This document shows positions 21,925 through 32,390 of a stretch of 64,000 nucleotides of DNA, piece after piece. The stretch lies in the IMG/VR virus record IMGVR_UViG_3300006155_000002; one strand, given 5' to 3'. The first letter of the stretch is position 1. Each line of letters opens with the position of its first letter. Under the pieces are notes generated by a model. That model was not told the origin of the DNA and made no database searches. It saw nothing but the letters and a program-made list of their open reading frames with translations. Position numbers and translations under genes: made by a program. The stretch comes from a virus (taxonomy: Duplodnaviria > Caudoviricetes).

Positions 21925-22353
21925 TTATCGAAAAACAACAACCATACTCGGAAACGGTGCGGAATTTTTACCGTCTCCAAATTTCAACCGGCCACGAAGA
22001 AAACGAGTTTCAACATTCGGCTTCTTATATATGTAGTCATGGAAATATGTTGTGTCGGTACGAGCCGGTATAAGCATCACAACAGTGGTATTAGGTTGTT
22101 TTGCTTCTTCATAGCATTTCTTTACCCAATCCTTAATTACTTTTCCATATGGAGGGTTACAGAAGACTGTCTCCCCCCCCCACGACTGGCGCAGCCCATC
22201 ATCTTCTCTGGTGAAATACTTTTCGCACTTATGATTCGATGCGTCTGCGCATGGGTCGAGGGTGAATGAAAACTCAGCGTTCAACGAATCGAAGAAATCC
22301 TGTGGTGTGGACCACTGATCCGTCTTGCTGCTAAACATGAGCTCTGTATTCAT
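21925..22353 (-). CDS. phage N6-adenine DNA methyltransferase
   Basis: WSTPQ, FTLDPCA, FCNPPY, LIPARTDT, GRLKF, APFPS. Confidence 0.9.
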   Translation of the reverse strand: MNTELMFSSKTDQWSTPQDFFDSLNAEFSFTLDPCADASNHKCEKYFTREDDGLRQSWGGETVFCNPPYGKVIKDWVKKCYEEAKQPNTTVVMLIPARTDTTYFHDYIYKKPNVETRFLRGRLKFGDGKNSAPFPSMVVVFR

Positions 22354-22982
22354 TGATTCACCCATCAAACTGACATTTTATTCAGTTGTTCCGTTGTCTT
22401 CACCAGAAGATCCACCCGTACCTGCTCCTCCTTCTGGCTCCGTCGGTTGCTCTGGCTGCTCAGGCTCTGCTGGTTTACTCGGAGTCGTCTCCATATCCAT
22501 AAAGCTCTCAAATTCCTCGGCGCAAGTTGAACACAGTTCCTTCGTCCAGATGTGATCGTTCATCTGCCGATTATCGGCTGGAGTAGGACATCTGACGCCA
22601 GAGTTCAGCGGCCTTGCATAGGTTACAACCTTGATCTTGCGCTCGTCCCCAACGACCTTTTTACACCTGTCGCACAAAATACATCTCATTCAAATCACTC
22701 CTTCATGGTTCCAAAAACATTTCGCGAAACGCTCCCAGAAGCTCAATAAAATCGTCGAACAGCGGGATATACGTTGCATTGATATACTGCTCGTTCTGAG
22801 CAGTTTCATGGGTAACAAATGGCGCAAACGAAAGTTCGCCATCTTGTACGCACAAGACACCAAGAGAAAGCCCACGCTTATTCAGTTGATAGTGCGTATG
22901 GTTCTTCCCCATCAGCCGGATGCTAACGGAACATCCCGTTTTCTCCTCCAAGTCATTAGCAAATCTCTTGTAGTCTTTTACC

Positions 22983-23315
22983 TTATAAATCTCCATTCAG
23001 ATCCTCCTTTTTCTGGCGCTGTAGCTTATCGGCCTGTGTCCAGAGTTGTTTTGGAAGCGGCAGAACTGTAATCAATCTTGTATCCCGAAACAGATATACT
23101 GCGTGATTGTAAACTCGCATATTGTTAGGATTGTGACTAAGGCGGAATATGCCATCTAAATGCTTGGACAGCTTCCCCTTTGCTTCTGAATGAGTAATTC
23201 CGAACTGGAGTGCCTTTTCTGCCGCTTTTTCAGTTGACTTCTTATTGATACCAAGGCGCTGACGAATGCGTTTTTCTGCGTGCTTTGTCACAACAACATC
23301 ACTCTTGCTCGCCAT
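22983..23315 (-). CDS. hypothetical protein (TxHAxxR, RelE/DUF4258-like)
   Basis: VTKHAEKRIRQR ... LITV. Confidence 0.55.
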   Translation of the reverse strand: MASKSDVVVTKHAEKRIRQRLGINKKSTEKAAEKALQFGITHSEAKGKLSKHLDGIFRLSHNPNNMRVYNHAVYLFRDTRLITVLPLPKQLWTQADKLQRQKKEDLNGDL

Positions 23316-23601
23316 CGAGCTACCCTCCTATATACGGGTTGAATCTACTATCGCTGTATATGTTGAACGGGTGTCCGTCCTCAAAGAACTCGAAATGGAC
23401 TGAATTAAACGCTCCATCGAACCCTTCCAGGTAAACGCTGGTGTATGACTGTCCCATAATGATTTTGCTTATTGGATAATCTTTTCCGACGACCAAACCA
23501 CATTTCTTCACATCTTCGATGTTGTGTTCGTAACCATTGTCAGGGTGTTCAAATCTTGCCGTAACCATTTCTTCACCACCTTTCGCTTGCGCACGAAACA
23601 C

Positions 23602-23632
23602 AAAAAGGGTGGGCTTTCGCCCACCCCTTGTG
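23602..23632 (-). terminator. intrinsic terminator
   Basis: GGGGTGGGCGAAAGCCCACCC followed by TTTTT on the minus strand. Confidence 0.75.
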
Positions 23633-23637
23633 TCAAA

Positions 23638-25233
23638 TTAGCTCTCGATTGTCTTAAAGAAAATGTCGGTGCGGCGGTTGAGCTCAGCATCAGGACCACT
23701 CGGATCAGCGACCATATTGGAATTACCATTACCGACCACAATAATACGGTTTGCGTCGATACCATTGGCAACAAGGTAATTCTTGACGGTCTTCGCACGC
23801 TCCTCGGAAAGCTTCATACCGCCTTCGGTATTGTTCGTAGCATTGATATTACCCTCAATCTGGATAATTGTACCGTCCAGTGTGTTAGCAATCTCAACGA
23901 ACTCGCGCAGGATTTCATCGGCCTCTGCAGTATCCAGGAACTTTGCAGTATCTGCAACAAAATTTACAGTTGCGCTCTTGGAGAGAAGTGCTGCGGCTTC
24001 CTTCGCAACGTCACGCTGCTCTTGGGTGATTTCAGAAACCACCTTAGTAGAGGTCTGTGTATAGTGGTCAGACAGAGCCTTCACATAGCTCGTATCAAAC
24101 AGGGTGGCACCAAGGTTACGGTCCACTGTTTCACCAATGCTCTCCCAGATATCACACATATCCGAGTAAATCACCGGACAATCATTCTCCAGAGATGCAA
24201 TGTTTTCCGCATAGCCCATCATACCAGCATCGCCGCATTGAGAAAGGATATCCTCATCAGACGCGTCGGCAAACATGGGCATAACGCTGCGGATGTAGTC
24301 GAACTCTGTGGTATACATGGTGTCAGCCGCCTGGAAAATACCATCGGCAAACGCTGATACCACTTCTGGATGAGCCTCCGCAAAATCGCTGCGGAAGACA
24401 ATACCGTCCATAATCAGTTTATTGGATGAAGCAGTAGAGAACAGAATGTGCGAGTTTGTGCTGTCCGCCGCATTAGACAGGAACGGCTGCCATGTAGCTG
24501 CAACATCCAGCTTCCCGGCAAAGAACGCCTGGCCGGTGGCCTCTGCATCATCCATCAAGATCATATTGCTGATGATTTCTTGCTTCGTTGTATCGGGTAG
24601 ATCGGACTTGTTGATAAACCATACAACCAGTGTCTGCGCCTCACTGAACTTGGGTACGCCGACTTTTGCGCCGGCCAGATCCTCAATAGAGTCAATGCCA
24701 TTCAGCGCAATAATACCATCGCCACCGTCCGAGAAGTTGGTGAACACCGGCATAACCACGTCCAAACCGGCCTCCTTGAACTTGCCTGACAGGAAAGCCA
24801 CACGATTTGTTGTGTATCCTGCGGCGTTCAAATCACCCTTAATCAGGGCGTTGCTGGAAGAATCTGCGTCATTGATGATATTGATGTTGACTTTGATTCC
24901 CAGATTGTCAAAAATAGAACCAGCCTGCGTCGTCAAACCGCCATTCGCGTCGATGATTGGCTTCCAACCAATCCATTCATCCAACGACAGGTTGATTGTT
25001 GGGTCGCTGGTACTGATATGTACCGGCTGTGTCTGATTCGGAGCCGCTGAAACATCGTGGTCCTGTGTCACACTTGTCGATGGCGTGTTGGCGCTGTCTT
25101 TCTCCGCAGAGTCGAACCATCCGGGATTCCATTCAGAAAGGTATTGATACCCAAAGAATCCAGCGGTGCCCAAAATGGCAACAACCAGAATGAAGATAAC
25201 AACACGCCCAGCTTTTGTCAGTCGCAATTTCAT
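23638..25233 (-). CDS. membrane-anchored SsuA/THI5-type substrate-binding protein fused to OmpA-like domain
   Basis: N-terminal TM, SDGGDGII, C-terminal LSEERAKTV...NRRTDI. Confidence 0.82.
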   Translation of the reverse strand: MKLRLTKAGRVVIFILVVAILGTAGFFGYQYLSEWNPGWFDSAEKDSANTPSTSVTQDHDVSAAPNQTQPVHISTSDPTINLSLDEWIGWKPIIDANGGLTTQAGSIFDNLGIKVNINIINDADSSSNALIKGDLNAAGYTTNRVAFLSGKFKEAGLDVVMPVFTNFSDGGDGIIALNGIDSIEDLAGAKVGVPKFSEAQTLVVWFINKSDLPDTTKQEIISNMILMDDAEATGQAFFAGKLDVAATWQPFLSNAADSTNSHILFSTASSNKLIMDGIVFRSDFAEAHPEVVSAFADGIFQAADTMYTTEFDYIRSVMPMFADASDEDILSQCGDAGMMGYAENIASLENDCPVIYSDMCDIWESIGETVDRNLGATLFDTSYVKALSDHYTQTSTKVVSEITQEQRDVAKEAAALLSKSATVNFVADTAKFLDTAEADEILREFVEIANTLDGTIIQIEGNINATNNTEGGMKLSEERAKTVKNYLVANGIDANRIIVVGNGNSNMVADPSGPDAELNRRTDIFFKTIES

Positions 25234-25236
25234 CGT

Positions 25237-25980
25237 TTACTTTCCTCCATATTTCTTTTTAAGTGATTCGAGATACTCGTCGCCGCGCACCTGCGCAGCT
25301 TTTTGCTCTGCCCGAGCAATTTTGGTGGAAGCACGGTTTTCGTGAACCACACGCGCCCCCTCAACCTCTTTCTGGAGATCCTTGGAGCCGTCCATAATGG
25401 CATCCAGCATCTTGGACGTTGCGGTCTCCTTCCTGAGCTCATCCAAATCTCCGTAGAGATCCTTGAGCTGACCATTCATCTGGAGCTTTGCAATCGTCTC
25501 CTTTTTGGTCCGCTTCAGTTCGGTGAGCTTCTTGCCCTGCGCAACATAGATTTGGTTTGCGTCTGCCACCATGGGCTTCAACTTCTCGATACAATCCTTT
25601 TTCTGCTCGATTTCGGTGATGATCTCACTTCGACGGGCAGAATAGACTTCTGCATCGCTGTATTGCCCACTCTTGACCAGACGTTCACAAGTCGCCTCAA
25701 CGTCATGCAGTTCCTTTGTAAGCTTTGCAACATCGTTTTCTGCGCACTTAAGCTCACCAGACAACTTGTTGAATGTGGAAGCAGCCTTGTTGTAATTGTT
25801 CTGAACCTCGTCAATCGCCTGGTTGAATACGGCCTCGGCACCTTCCGGCGTCTTAGCGGCATCCTCGACGAAGACATTCAGAAATCCGCCAACCAGCACC
25901 TTGATTTTTTTGCGAAAGTCAGGGAAGATGATCAAGGCCAGAACAATCAGCACCAAAACAACACCCAAAATCAGCTTCAT
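25237..25980 (-). CDS. PspA/IM30-like coiled-coil protein with N-terminal TM
   Basis: TM, EDAAKTPE, long heptad repeats, LESLKKKY end. Confidence 0.6.
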   Translation of the reverse strand: MKLILGVVLVLIVLALIIFPDFRKKIKVLVGGFLNVFVEDAAKTPEGAEAVFNQAIDEVQNNYNKAASTFNKLSGELKCAENDVAKLTKELHDVEATCERLVKSGQYSDAEVYSARRSEIITEIEQKKDCIEKLKPMVADANQIYVAQGKKLTELKRTKKETIAKLQMNGQLKDLYGDLDELRKETATSKMLDAIMDGSKDLQKEVEGARVVHENRASTKIARAEQKAAQVRGDEYLESLKKKYGGK

Positions 25981-26519
25981 TTGGTTTCCTCCATTCCTTT
26001 ACAAAATTCCACCAATCCGTCAATGATGCTGACCTCATCAGCAACGGATTGTTTGGTGGCGTTCATGATCTCTTCAGCCACCTTGATTCGGATGTTCGCT
26101 TCCTCGATGGCCTTTTTGAGGTCTTCGATATCCGCATTGGCTTCTGAGATTTCGTCGGTACGCTCGCCGACAATTTTGTCACGCGCCGCCATCAGCGTTT
26201 CGATGCGCTTCGCGGCGTCATCCAGGAGATCGCTCACAGACTTTCCGGACACCTGGAGGATGCCGAATACTGTCGCCTGTTTCTTTGCGTTGGTCATTTC
26301 AGGCGGCAAAGTATCAATGAGTGCCTGGATTGTGAAAATTGAGTTGCTCTTGTCCTGTAGGTCATTCTGTGCATAGATCTCGTCCACCACATTTACGGCG
26401 GATTTAATGTCTGCATCAACCTGTGGAAGATCACTTTCTGTTCCAAGATCAGGGACATATGCCACCTCCGAGACATCGGCTTCTCGTTCGACAAGTCCCA
26501 TTCGTTCAAAAAAGTTCAT
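25977..26519 (-). CDS. coiled-coil hypothetical protein
   Basis: 180-aa ORF, MNFFERMGLVE start. Confidence 0.65.
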   Translation of the reverse strand: MNFFERMGLVEREADVSEVAYVPDLGTESDLPQVDADIKSAVNVVDEIYAQNDLQDKSNSIFTIQALIDTLPPEMTNAKKQATVFGILQVSGKSVSDLLDDAAKRIETLMAARDKIVGERTDEISEANADIEDLKKAIEEANIRIKVAEEIMNATKQSVADEVSIIDGLVEFCKGMEETK

Positions 26520-26525
26520 AATTGA

Positions 26526-27116
26526 TTACCCTCCAAGTTTGATAATTTTATCGCACATCTTATTGGCTTCCGCCTCGCTATGTGTGACCATAATGATTGT
26601 GCTTCCGGTTTCCTGGTGTGTATCCATAATTAAGCGCTGCATTCTCGTTCTGGTCGAGTCATCCAATGCAGACAATGGTTCATCCATAAGCAGGTAGTGT
26701 GGACGAACAAACAAGACCCTCGCAAGAGAAAGCCGTTGCTGCATCCCGCCGGAGAGTTCTCTCGGGTAACGATCCATGTATTCTCCAAGTCCGACCTGCT
26801 TCAAAATCGCTTCCGCAACTGGCTTGAATGATTTCCTATCCCGCTTTCCACGGACTGCAATCAATACGTTATCAACGCACGTCAGCCAGTCAAAATTTGT
26901 GTAGCGTTGGTGCATCATGTAAACGCCATGTTCGTCGTCAAATTGGACAAACCCTGAGAGCGGCTTTATCATCCTGGAAATCGTTTTAAGGAGTGTGCTT
27001 TTCCCGCATCCGGACTTTCCAAGAATTCCGTATATGATGCCATCTTCAAACGTCATATTCAATGGCTCCATCAATGGTTTCTGATACCCAATCACCAGAT
27101 CATTCAAGGTTATCAT
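26526..27116 (-). CDS. ABC transporter ATP-binding protein
   Basis: GKSGCGKST, LSGGMQQR, LLMDEP, VTH. Confidence 0.92.
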   Translation of the reverse strand: MITLNDLVIGYQKPLMEPLNMTFEDGIIYGILGKSGCGKSTLLKTISRMIKPLSGFVQFDDEHGVYMMHQRYTNFDWLTCVDNVLIAVRGKRDRKSFKPVAEAILKQVGLGEYMDRYPRELSGGMQQRLSLARVLFVRPHYLLMDEPLSALDDSTRTRMQRLIMDTHQETGSTIIMVTHSEAEANKMCDKIIKLGG

Positions 27117-27843
27117 CCAAATACCTCCATTTGAATACACGGCGAATGACTGCATTTCCAACCTTGTCAAAAACATAGCTGAACAGAACAATGATTATAA
27201 TGGCCGCAAACACAACAGTTGTTTTTCCTCTTGCCGCACCTACATTGATGATAAAACCGAGACCTTTTTTAGCATTCGTCGCCTCAACTACGGCGACGTA
27301 TGTCCATCCGATCCCGTACATCATCAAAAAAGAGTTCATGATAGACGGAAGCGCTGCCGGAAGCAATATCTCTGTAATGATTTCATGCCTTCGCATTCCA
27401 ATCGACTTCCCGGTGTCAATTAGATCCTGCGGAACATCTTCCAAGCATAGAACTGTGGATGGAAGAACGTAGACAAAAGTGGCCAAAAATAAAAACGAGA
27501 CTTTCATTGTCTCGTCAATTCCAAACCACAGTATCAAAAGCGGAGAAAATGCCGTCACTGGGATGTACCGCATAGCGGATACGACCGGAGATACCATATC
27601 CTTTAGAAACTTTACAGAACAAATCAACAGCGCAATGGGAACCGCTACAGCCATTGATAACAACGATGCTGCTGTGATTCTGGTGAGTGAATACAGAAGC
27701 CCAGGAATAAGCTGCCCTGTTTCATATAAGCCAACCAGAGCATACCATACAGACAACGGAGAGGGAACAAACAGAGGAATTGTTACCATTGACCCGACTT
27801 GCCACGCGGCCAAAAGCAGGAAAAGTCCAAATAATTTCTTCAT
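27100..27843 (-). CDS. ABC transporter permease (SsuC/TauC type)
   Basis: Multiple TMs, EAA-like loop, GLGFII. Confidence 0.88.
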   Translation of the reverse strand: MKKLFGLFLLLAAWQVGSMVTIPLFVPSPLSVWYALVGLYETGQLIPGLLYSLTRITAASLLSMAVAVPIALLICSVKFLKDMVSPVVSAMRYIPVTAFSPLLILWFGIDETMKVSFLFLATFVYVLPSTVLCLEDVPQDLIDTGKSIGMRRHEIITEILLPAALPSIMNSFLMMYGIGWTYVAVVEATNAKKGLGFIINVGAARGKTTVVFAAIIIIVLFSYVFDKVGNAVIRRVFKWRYLDDNLE

Positions 27844-27850
27844 AGTGAGC

Positions 27851-28423
27851 CTACTCGATCCAGCAAAGTACGGTGTCCTCGTCAATCCGAACTCCGTCCG
27901 GATTATCGCGGATTTCCTTCGCAAATTTTTCATAGTCGCGGAAACGACATACTCCTCTGAAATCAAATTCTGTGTCTGGAAGTTTCTCAGCATCACCAGA
28001 ATCTCTTCCATCGTCATATTCTTCGTTGCTCATATTCCACATAACATCGAAGACAAATTCTTCCGCACTGATATCGACCGTGACTCGGCCTTCTTCCCAG
28101 CGCCTGGTATCCTCAATACCTTCTTTTGTGACGGCCAGCAGTCCTATATTACGGTTAACCGCATCTCGGAAACTGATATTTTCAAATTTCCCAGATGTGT
28201 CATTCTCAATGCGCACTTTTTCCTCTTCATCTACCCCGGCACCTGTTGCCTGCAAAATTTCAACTGCAACCTTCAGTGGATTGATTTCAGTTCTGTTTTT
28301 GTATGATTCTAAGACAGTTCCAAGGGTAGAAAGAGAACTGCTTGTATATGCAGACCAATGGTAGTATGCATTGGCAAGAACCTCGCCATCATAGCACACT
28401 TCAAAATTTAATCTCTGTCCCAT
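27851..28423 (-). CDS. hypothetical protein
   Basis: MGQRL...YYHWSAYT. Confidence 0.65.
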   Translation of the reverse strand: MGQRLNFEVCYDGEVLANAYYHWSAYTSSSLSTLGTVLESYKNRTEINPLKVAVEILQATGAGVDEEEKVRIENDTSGKFENISFRDAVNRNIGLLAVTKEGIEDTRRWEEGRVTVDISAEEFVFDVMWNMSNEEYDDGRDSGDAEKLPDTEFDFRGVCRFRDYEKFAKEIRDNPDGVRIDEDTVLCWIE

Positions 28424-28920
28424 TAGGCTTCACCCCGCTTTGCAGAATAGATTTCTCTCACTCTGCCATCCTTGTAGAAAATTCTTGCATCCGGAGTAGT
28501 CCACCCGTATTCGTCTGCGATGTACTGAACATACTCTTCAATGTTATTGAAGCAGATGCTCCCTTCGTATCGCTCGAAAGCCCTGTCTTTCTTAAATGTC
28601 GGCGCTTCTACGATTTTGTACTTTCCGTAGCGCCGATTCCACTCCGCCACGGCATCAACACCATATCCGGTATAAATATGAACCCTATATCCTTCGGCCG
28701 CATATTTTATCAGATTGATTTCTTCTCCATATGGGTCCCATCGGTCACCGCAGCACGGACAGTCTATTCCATCAGCGACACCATTCCAATAGCAGCCAAT
28801 ATCTTCTGCTATGCGAAGAGCTTCTTTTTCATTGTCTGCTTCGATAAACAGTCTGTGGCATACCTTATCATCGACATGAAAGTGTCCACCAGAATTGTTT
28901 TGGTCAAATTCATAGAACAT
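28423..28920 (-). CDS. phage hypothetical protein
   Basis: QNNSGG and DCPCCGDRW motifs. Confidence 0.7.
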   Translation of the reverse strand: MFYEFDQNNSGGHFHVDDKVCHRLFIEADNEKEALRIAEDIGCYWNGVADGIDCPCCGDRWDPYGEEINLIKYAAEGYRVHIYTGYGVDAVAEWNRRYGKYKIVEAPTFKKDRAFERYEGSICFNNIEEYVQYIADEYGWTTPDARIFYKDGRVREIYSAKRGEA

Positions 28921-28941
28921 GACTATATCGACCTCCTGTTC

Positions 28942-29349
28942 TCAGTCGTACCAGCATCTGACGCCTTCTTCGCCTATGTAAAATTCGTCCGCCCAGCGAA
29001 ACAGCATAGAGAAGTCGATAATGTCCTCGGTACTGGGCGACGATTTCTTCCCGATACCTTCAAAACTGATGCGGAAATCCGAACGCTCTGGACTGACGCA
29101 ATATCCATGAGCGTACCACCCGTCAGTTTTTCGATCCCGCAGGAATTCTACCATCTCCCCAACGGTTGGAGCATCATTCTGGTTCTCTTCCATGTCCAAA
29201 ACTTCAAGCTCAATAAGCTCGTCAATTTGGGCCAACGTCAGTTCGTCAAAATAGCGGACACCGCCTCCGTACTTTTTGGCGCTATATTCCTCACCAAAAA
29301 TAACCTGATCGCGCCAATCTGCAATGCTCTGTCGGATAATATCTATCAT
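28942..29349 (-). CDS. hypothetical protein
   Basis: QNDAPT...RCWYD. Confidence 0.65.
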   Translation of the reverse strand: MIDIIRQSIADWRDQVIFGEEYSAKKYGGGVRYFDELTLAQIDELIELEVLDMEENQNDAPTVGEMVEFLRDRKTDGWYAHGYCVSPERSDFRISFEGIGKKSSPSTEDIIDFSMLFRWADEFYIGEEGVRCWYD

Positions 29350-29361
29350 ATCTGTCCCTCC

Positions 29362-29931
29362 TTAGTACCACTCCCAATACACAAGAGCACTGTCATTGTC
29401 CGGCTCTTTTGCTGGGAGTGTATCGTCCGGGAACGTCTCGTTGAATTTGTCGAGTACGTTTTTGTTTAATATGTAATAGCCCGTATTTTCAACGGGTTCT
29501 GGCAGGTTTTCGTGAATCCATTCTTGGATGTCATATGCTTTGCGCCAGTAGCGTACCTCCTTAGAGGCGCATATATAGCAGGTTTCCTCCCGGTTAATGA
29601 TGTACTTGCTCTCAATCAAGTCGTCTGAGAGCGTGACCGATTCACTTTTGCCGTCTCTGCTTCCGTGGATAAATGTCTTGGAGCCGTCTTTGTCGCAACA
29701 CCACCCTCCGATCCAAACATCGGTAAGATTGTAGTCCTCACCGATTTTTCTCAAATCGTAATAATGGTTCACAACGCGCACTTTGGCGCAATATGGCACA
29801 AGCTGTCGAATCGCTGGCTTGTCGGCATCGATTTCTTTGAAAATGATACCGTCGATATCGTTTCTGTCGTACACATCATCTTCACTAAGAGGCGGCTTAC
29901 TTACCATGTATACGTTCATGTCAAGCCCCAT
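29362..29931 (-). CDS. phage hypothetical protein
   Basis: MGLDM...YWRK. Confidence 0.65.
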   Translation of the reverse strand: MGLDMNVYMVSKPPLSEDDVYDRNDIDGIIFKEIDADKPAIRQLVPYCAKVRVVNHYYDLRKIGEDYNLTDVWIGGWCCDKDGSKTFIHGSRDGKSESVTLSDDLIESKYIINREETCYICASKEVRYWRKAYDIQEWIHENLPEPVENTGYYILNKNVLDKFNETFPDDTLPAKEPDNDSALVYWEWY

Positions 29932-30006
29932 AACGATTCCTCCTTTTTTGAATTGGACGAAAAAATACCCGAACTGCCATTAGTAGTCCGGATACTGTTT
30001 CTTATA

Positions 30007-30452
30007 TTCGGTTGCCTTGTTCAGAGTCAAAGATTCATAATCCATTCAGACCAATTTTTTGCATATAAGCATACATTATTTTATTTGAGGAGAATCATCT
30101 CCGCTATATACGTTTCCAAGACGTATTAAAGAATTGTTCGGCGAATAGAGAAATGTGTATCGTGTTCTGCAGTTGTCGAATTTCGAGTTATCGTGCGATG
30201 CAGTGAACGCCGTAACGATTATGAGCGGAAAAATTTACGCATAGCAGGTAACGAACAAGTTTGTTTGACATAGATAATCAGTCTATATTTCTTCGATTTT
30301 GAACCATTACCTTGAATGGTAGAATCTTTTGTCAAAAAGATTTTTATTTGAGTTTTCGGCACACTCAACTCGCCCCGCAGCGCTATACTTCGTCTGCGGC
30401 TGAAGCGGCCTGAACTTCATACTCCACTTTGACTCTGAACGAGACAGCCGAA
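30007..30452. ncRNA. candidate large structured ncRNA
   Basis: ~450-nt stretch with no convincing CDS, closed by a 26-bp imperfect inverted repeat. Confidence 0.55.
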
Positions 30453-30466
30453 TGGCTGCCCCTTTC

Positions 30467-31105
30467 TTACTCAGCGGGGTTGAAACGATGGACGAACATT
30501 TCGACAGCATCCTCAAAGGAGTCATTCACACTGTATTCGGGTTCATACTCGACGACCAGCTCCACCATCGCCTTGTCGATCTCGGCAGAAACCTCGTCAG
30601 CCTTGCTCATCAGGCTGCGGCCCGTATCCCTAACCTTGTTGCGGTCAAAGTCGATGACCGTGACCTGCTTGACGTCGTAGTTGTAGGTCACCTGGTTACC
30701 TTCGCCGTTGAACTTATAGTCGATGCCGCGAATGACGCTCTCAGAAGGACGCTGTTTGCTCATTTCGGCAAAGACAGACGCAACTCTCTGGCGGGTTCGA
30801 TTATTGGTGATCTCCGCGTCAATGTCGATAGAGCAGCTTCGCTTTGCAGTGCTGATTGCTGCCGTCAGCGTCTCCTTCTCCACCATAAGATGGTTCAGGA
30901 AACTCACCAGTTGGTTGTTGGTACACTCAAATGGGCGGTCTGCGGTGATCTCTACGATTTCGTCCTCGGCATCGGAATTGGCCTTGTGCCGCAGATGTTC
31001 CTGAGTTGTCCTGGTGATGTAGCTCCGTGCAGACAGGTAGCCGACAGTTCTTTCCACCAGTCCGCTCAAGTAATTTTGGTAGCGGAATGCTTCTTTCAAA
31101 TACAT
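30467..31105 (-). CDS. coiled-coil hypothetical protein
   Basis: MYLKEAFRYQN...YKFNGEGNQ...IDFDR; start after GGAG. Confidence 0.7.
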   Translation of the reverse strand: MYLKEAFRYQNYLSGLVERTVGYLSARSYITRTTQEHLRHKANSDAEDEIVEITADRPFECTNNQLVSFLNHLMVEKETLTAAISTAKRSCSIDIDAEITNNRTRQRVASVFAEMSKQRPSESVIRGIDYKFNGEGNQVTYNYDVKQVTVIDFDRNKVRDTGRSLMSKADEVSAEIDKAMVELVVEYEPEYSVNDSFEDAVEMFVHRFNPAE

Positions 31106-31918
31106 CCTTTTACTCCTCCTTGTTTTCTGGTTGATACAATCCAATGCGGATTTCACTGAGCCTGTAGTATTCAATAGGTGTGTTGTAGGACCGAACATCT
31201 TCCTCGTCAGGATCTGCAACGGTTTTGAACCCAAGCAAAAAATCTCCACCGCCCAAGGATATACACTCGATGACAAACCCAAAATGCGCCTGCGTATCTT
31301 CAAACACACTCTCATCGGTAAATGCCCGCTTCTGTTCGTATGGCGTGTATACTTTCCGATATACCCAGAACATAAAGATGTCGTCCTGGTGCGTGTCAAA
31401 GAAATCAGGAAGGGAAGGAAACTCGATCATTTTTGCTCTGCCCTCCAATCCTTATAAGGTTCCAGATCGCGCTTCTTTTCCTCCTCAATGATGCTCTGAT
31501 GGAACCTCACCCACATTGGTTCGTCGATGACTTTATCTCCATATCCGCCCATATACTTCTGATCAGTAATGTCCTGATCGAACACATAGAGTGTTTTGTC
31601 ATTCACATACGGCAGGAGAGGCTGGATAAAATCAATCACGATCCCTGGCATATATGTCTGCCGTCCAATGGCATACCTTACGGCACAGTTAAGAATACAG
31701 CCAAAATTATCCTGACTGATTTCAATACGCGGCTTTCTGGCACCACTCATGAACTGATACCAGAAGGTTTGGATGCCTTTGCGGCAACCTTTTGCAAGCG
31801 TTTTTCATGCACTTCCGGATTCCATCCACAGTTGTAGCACGGTCGAAAATCTCCGGCGCACTCAATCATTTTGTTATGCTTACAACAGGAAGTCTCTTTC
31901 ATATCAAATCTCCTTCAA

Positions 31919-32386
31919 TCAAAAATGGTAGTCTACAATACCACCTAAATAATAGACACTAAGTGGTTTTACTTGTCTCATCCAAGATTGCAATGTGTAT
32001 AATTCTCCGTCCTGCCACACATAGAACGAATACTTATCGTTGTACGCATCGTTCAATTGGAACATAAGATGCTCCAACCCACCAGATGCAAAGTGGTTAA
32101 ACTTAGCTTCCTTCAGCTTCGCAAGCGCCTCTTCAAACTTTTCAAAACTCTCATCAAAGAAAGCGCCAACATCAATGTTGAACGTGAGCTTATCGCCATC
32201 TTGCTTGCAGACCTGACCAAAATCTGTTCTCATGAGCCAGTCGATGTCATCCTCTCGCTCATCTGGACCGACGTTCACTACATAGTCCGCGACAGAATCA
32301 GTGAACCATTCCGGCATTAGTTCTTCTTCAATCCATTCCTCTCTTGGTACTGGATCGCACTCAATTTGAAATATCCTGCTATGCAT
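31919..32386 (-). CDS. hypothetical protein
   Basis: 155-aa ORF downstream of radical SAM gene. Confidence 0.6.
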   Translation of the reverse strand: MHSRIFQIECDPVPREEWIEEELMPEWFTDSVADYVVNVGPDEREDDIDWLMRTDFGQVCKQDGDKLTFNIDVGAFFDESFEKFEEALAKLKEAKFNHFASGGLEHLMFQLNDAYNDKYSFYVWQDGELYTLQSWMRQVKPLSVYYLGGIVDYHF

Positions 32387-32390
32387 CTTT

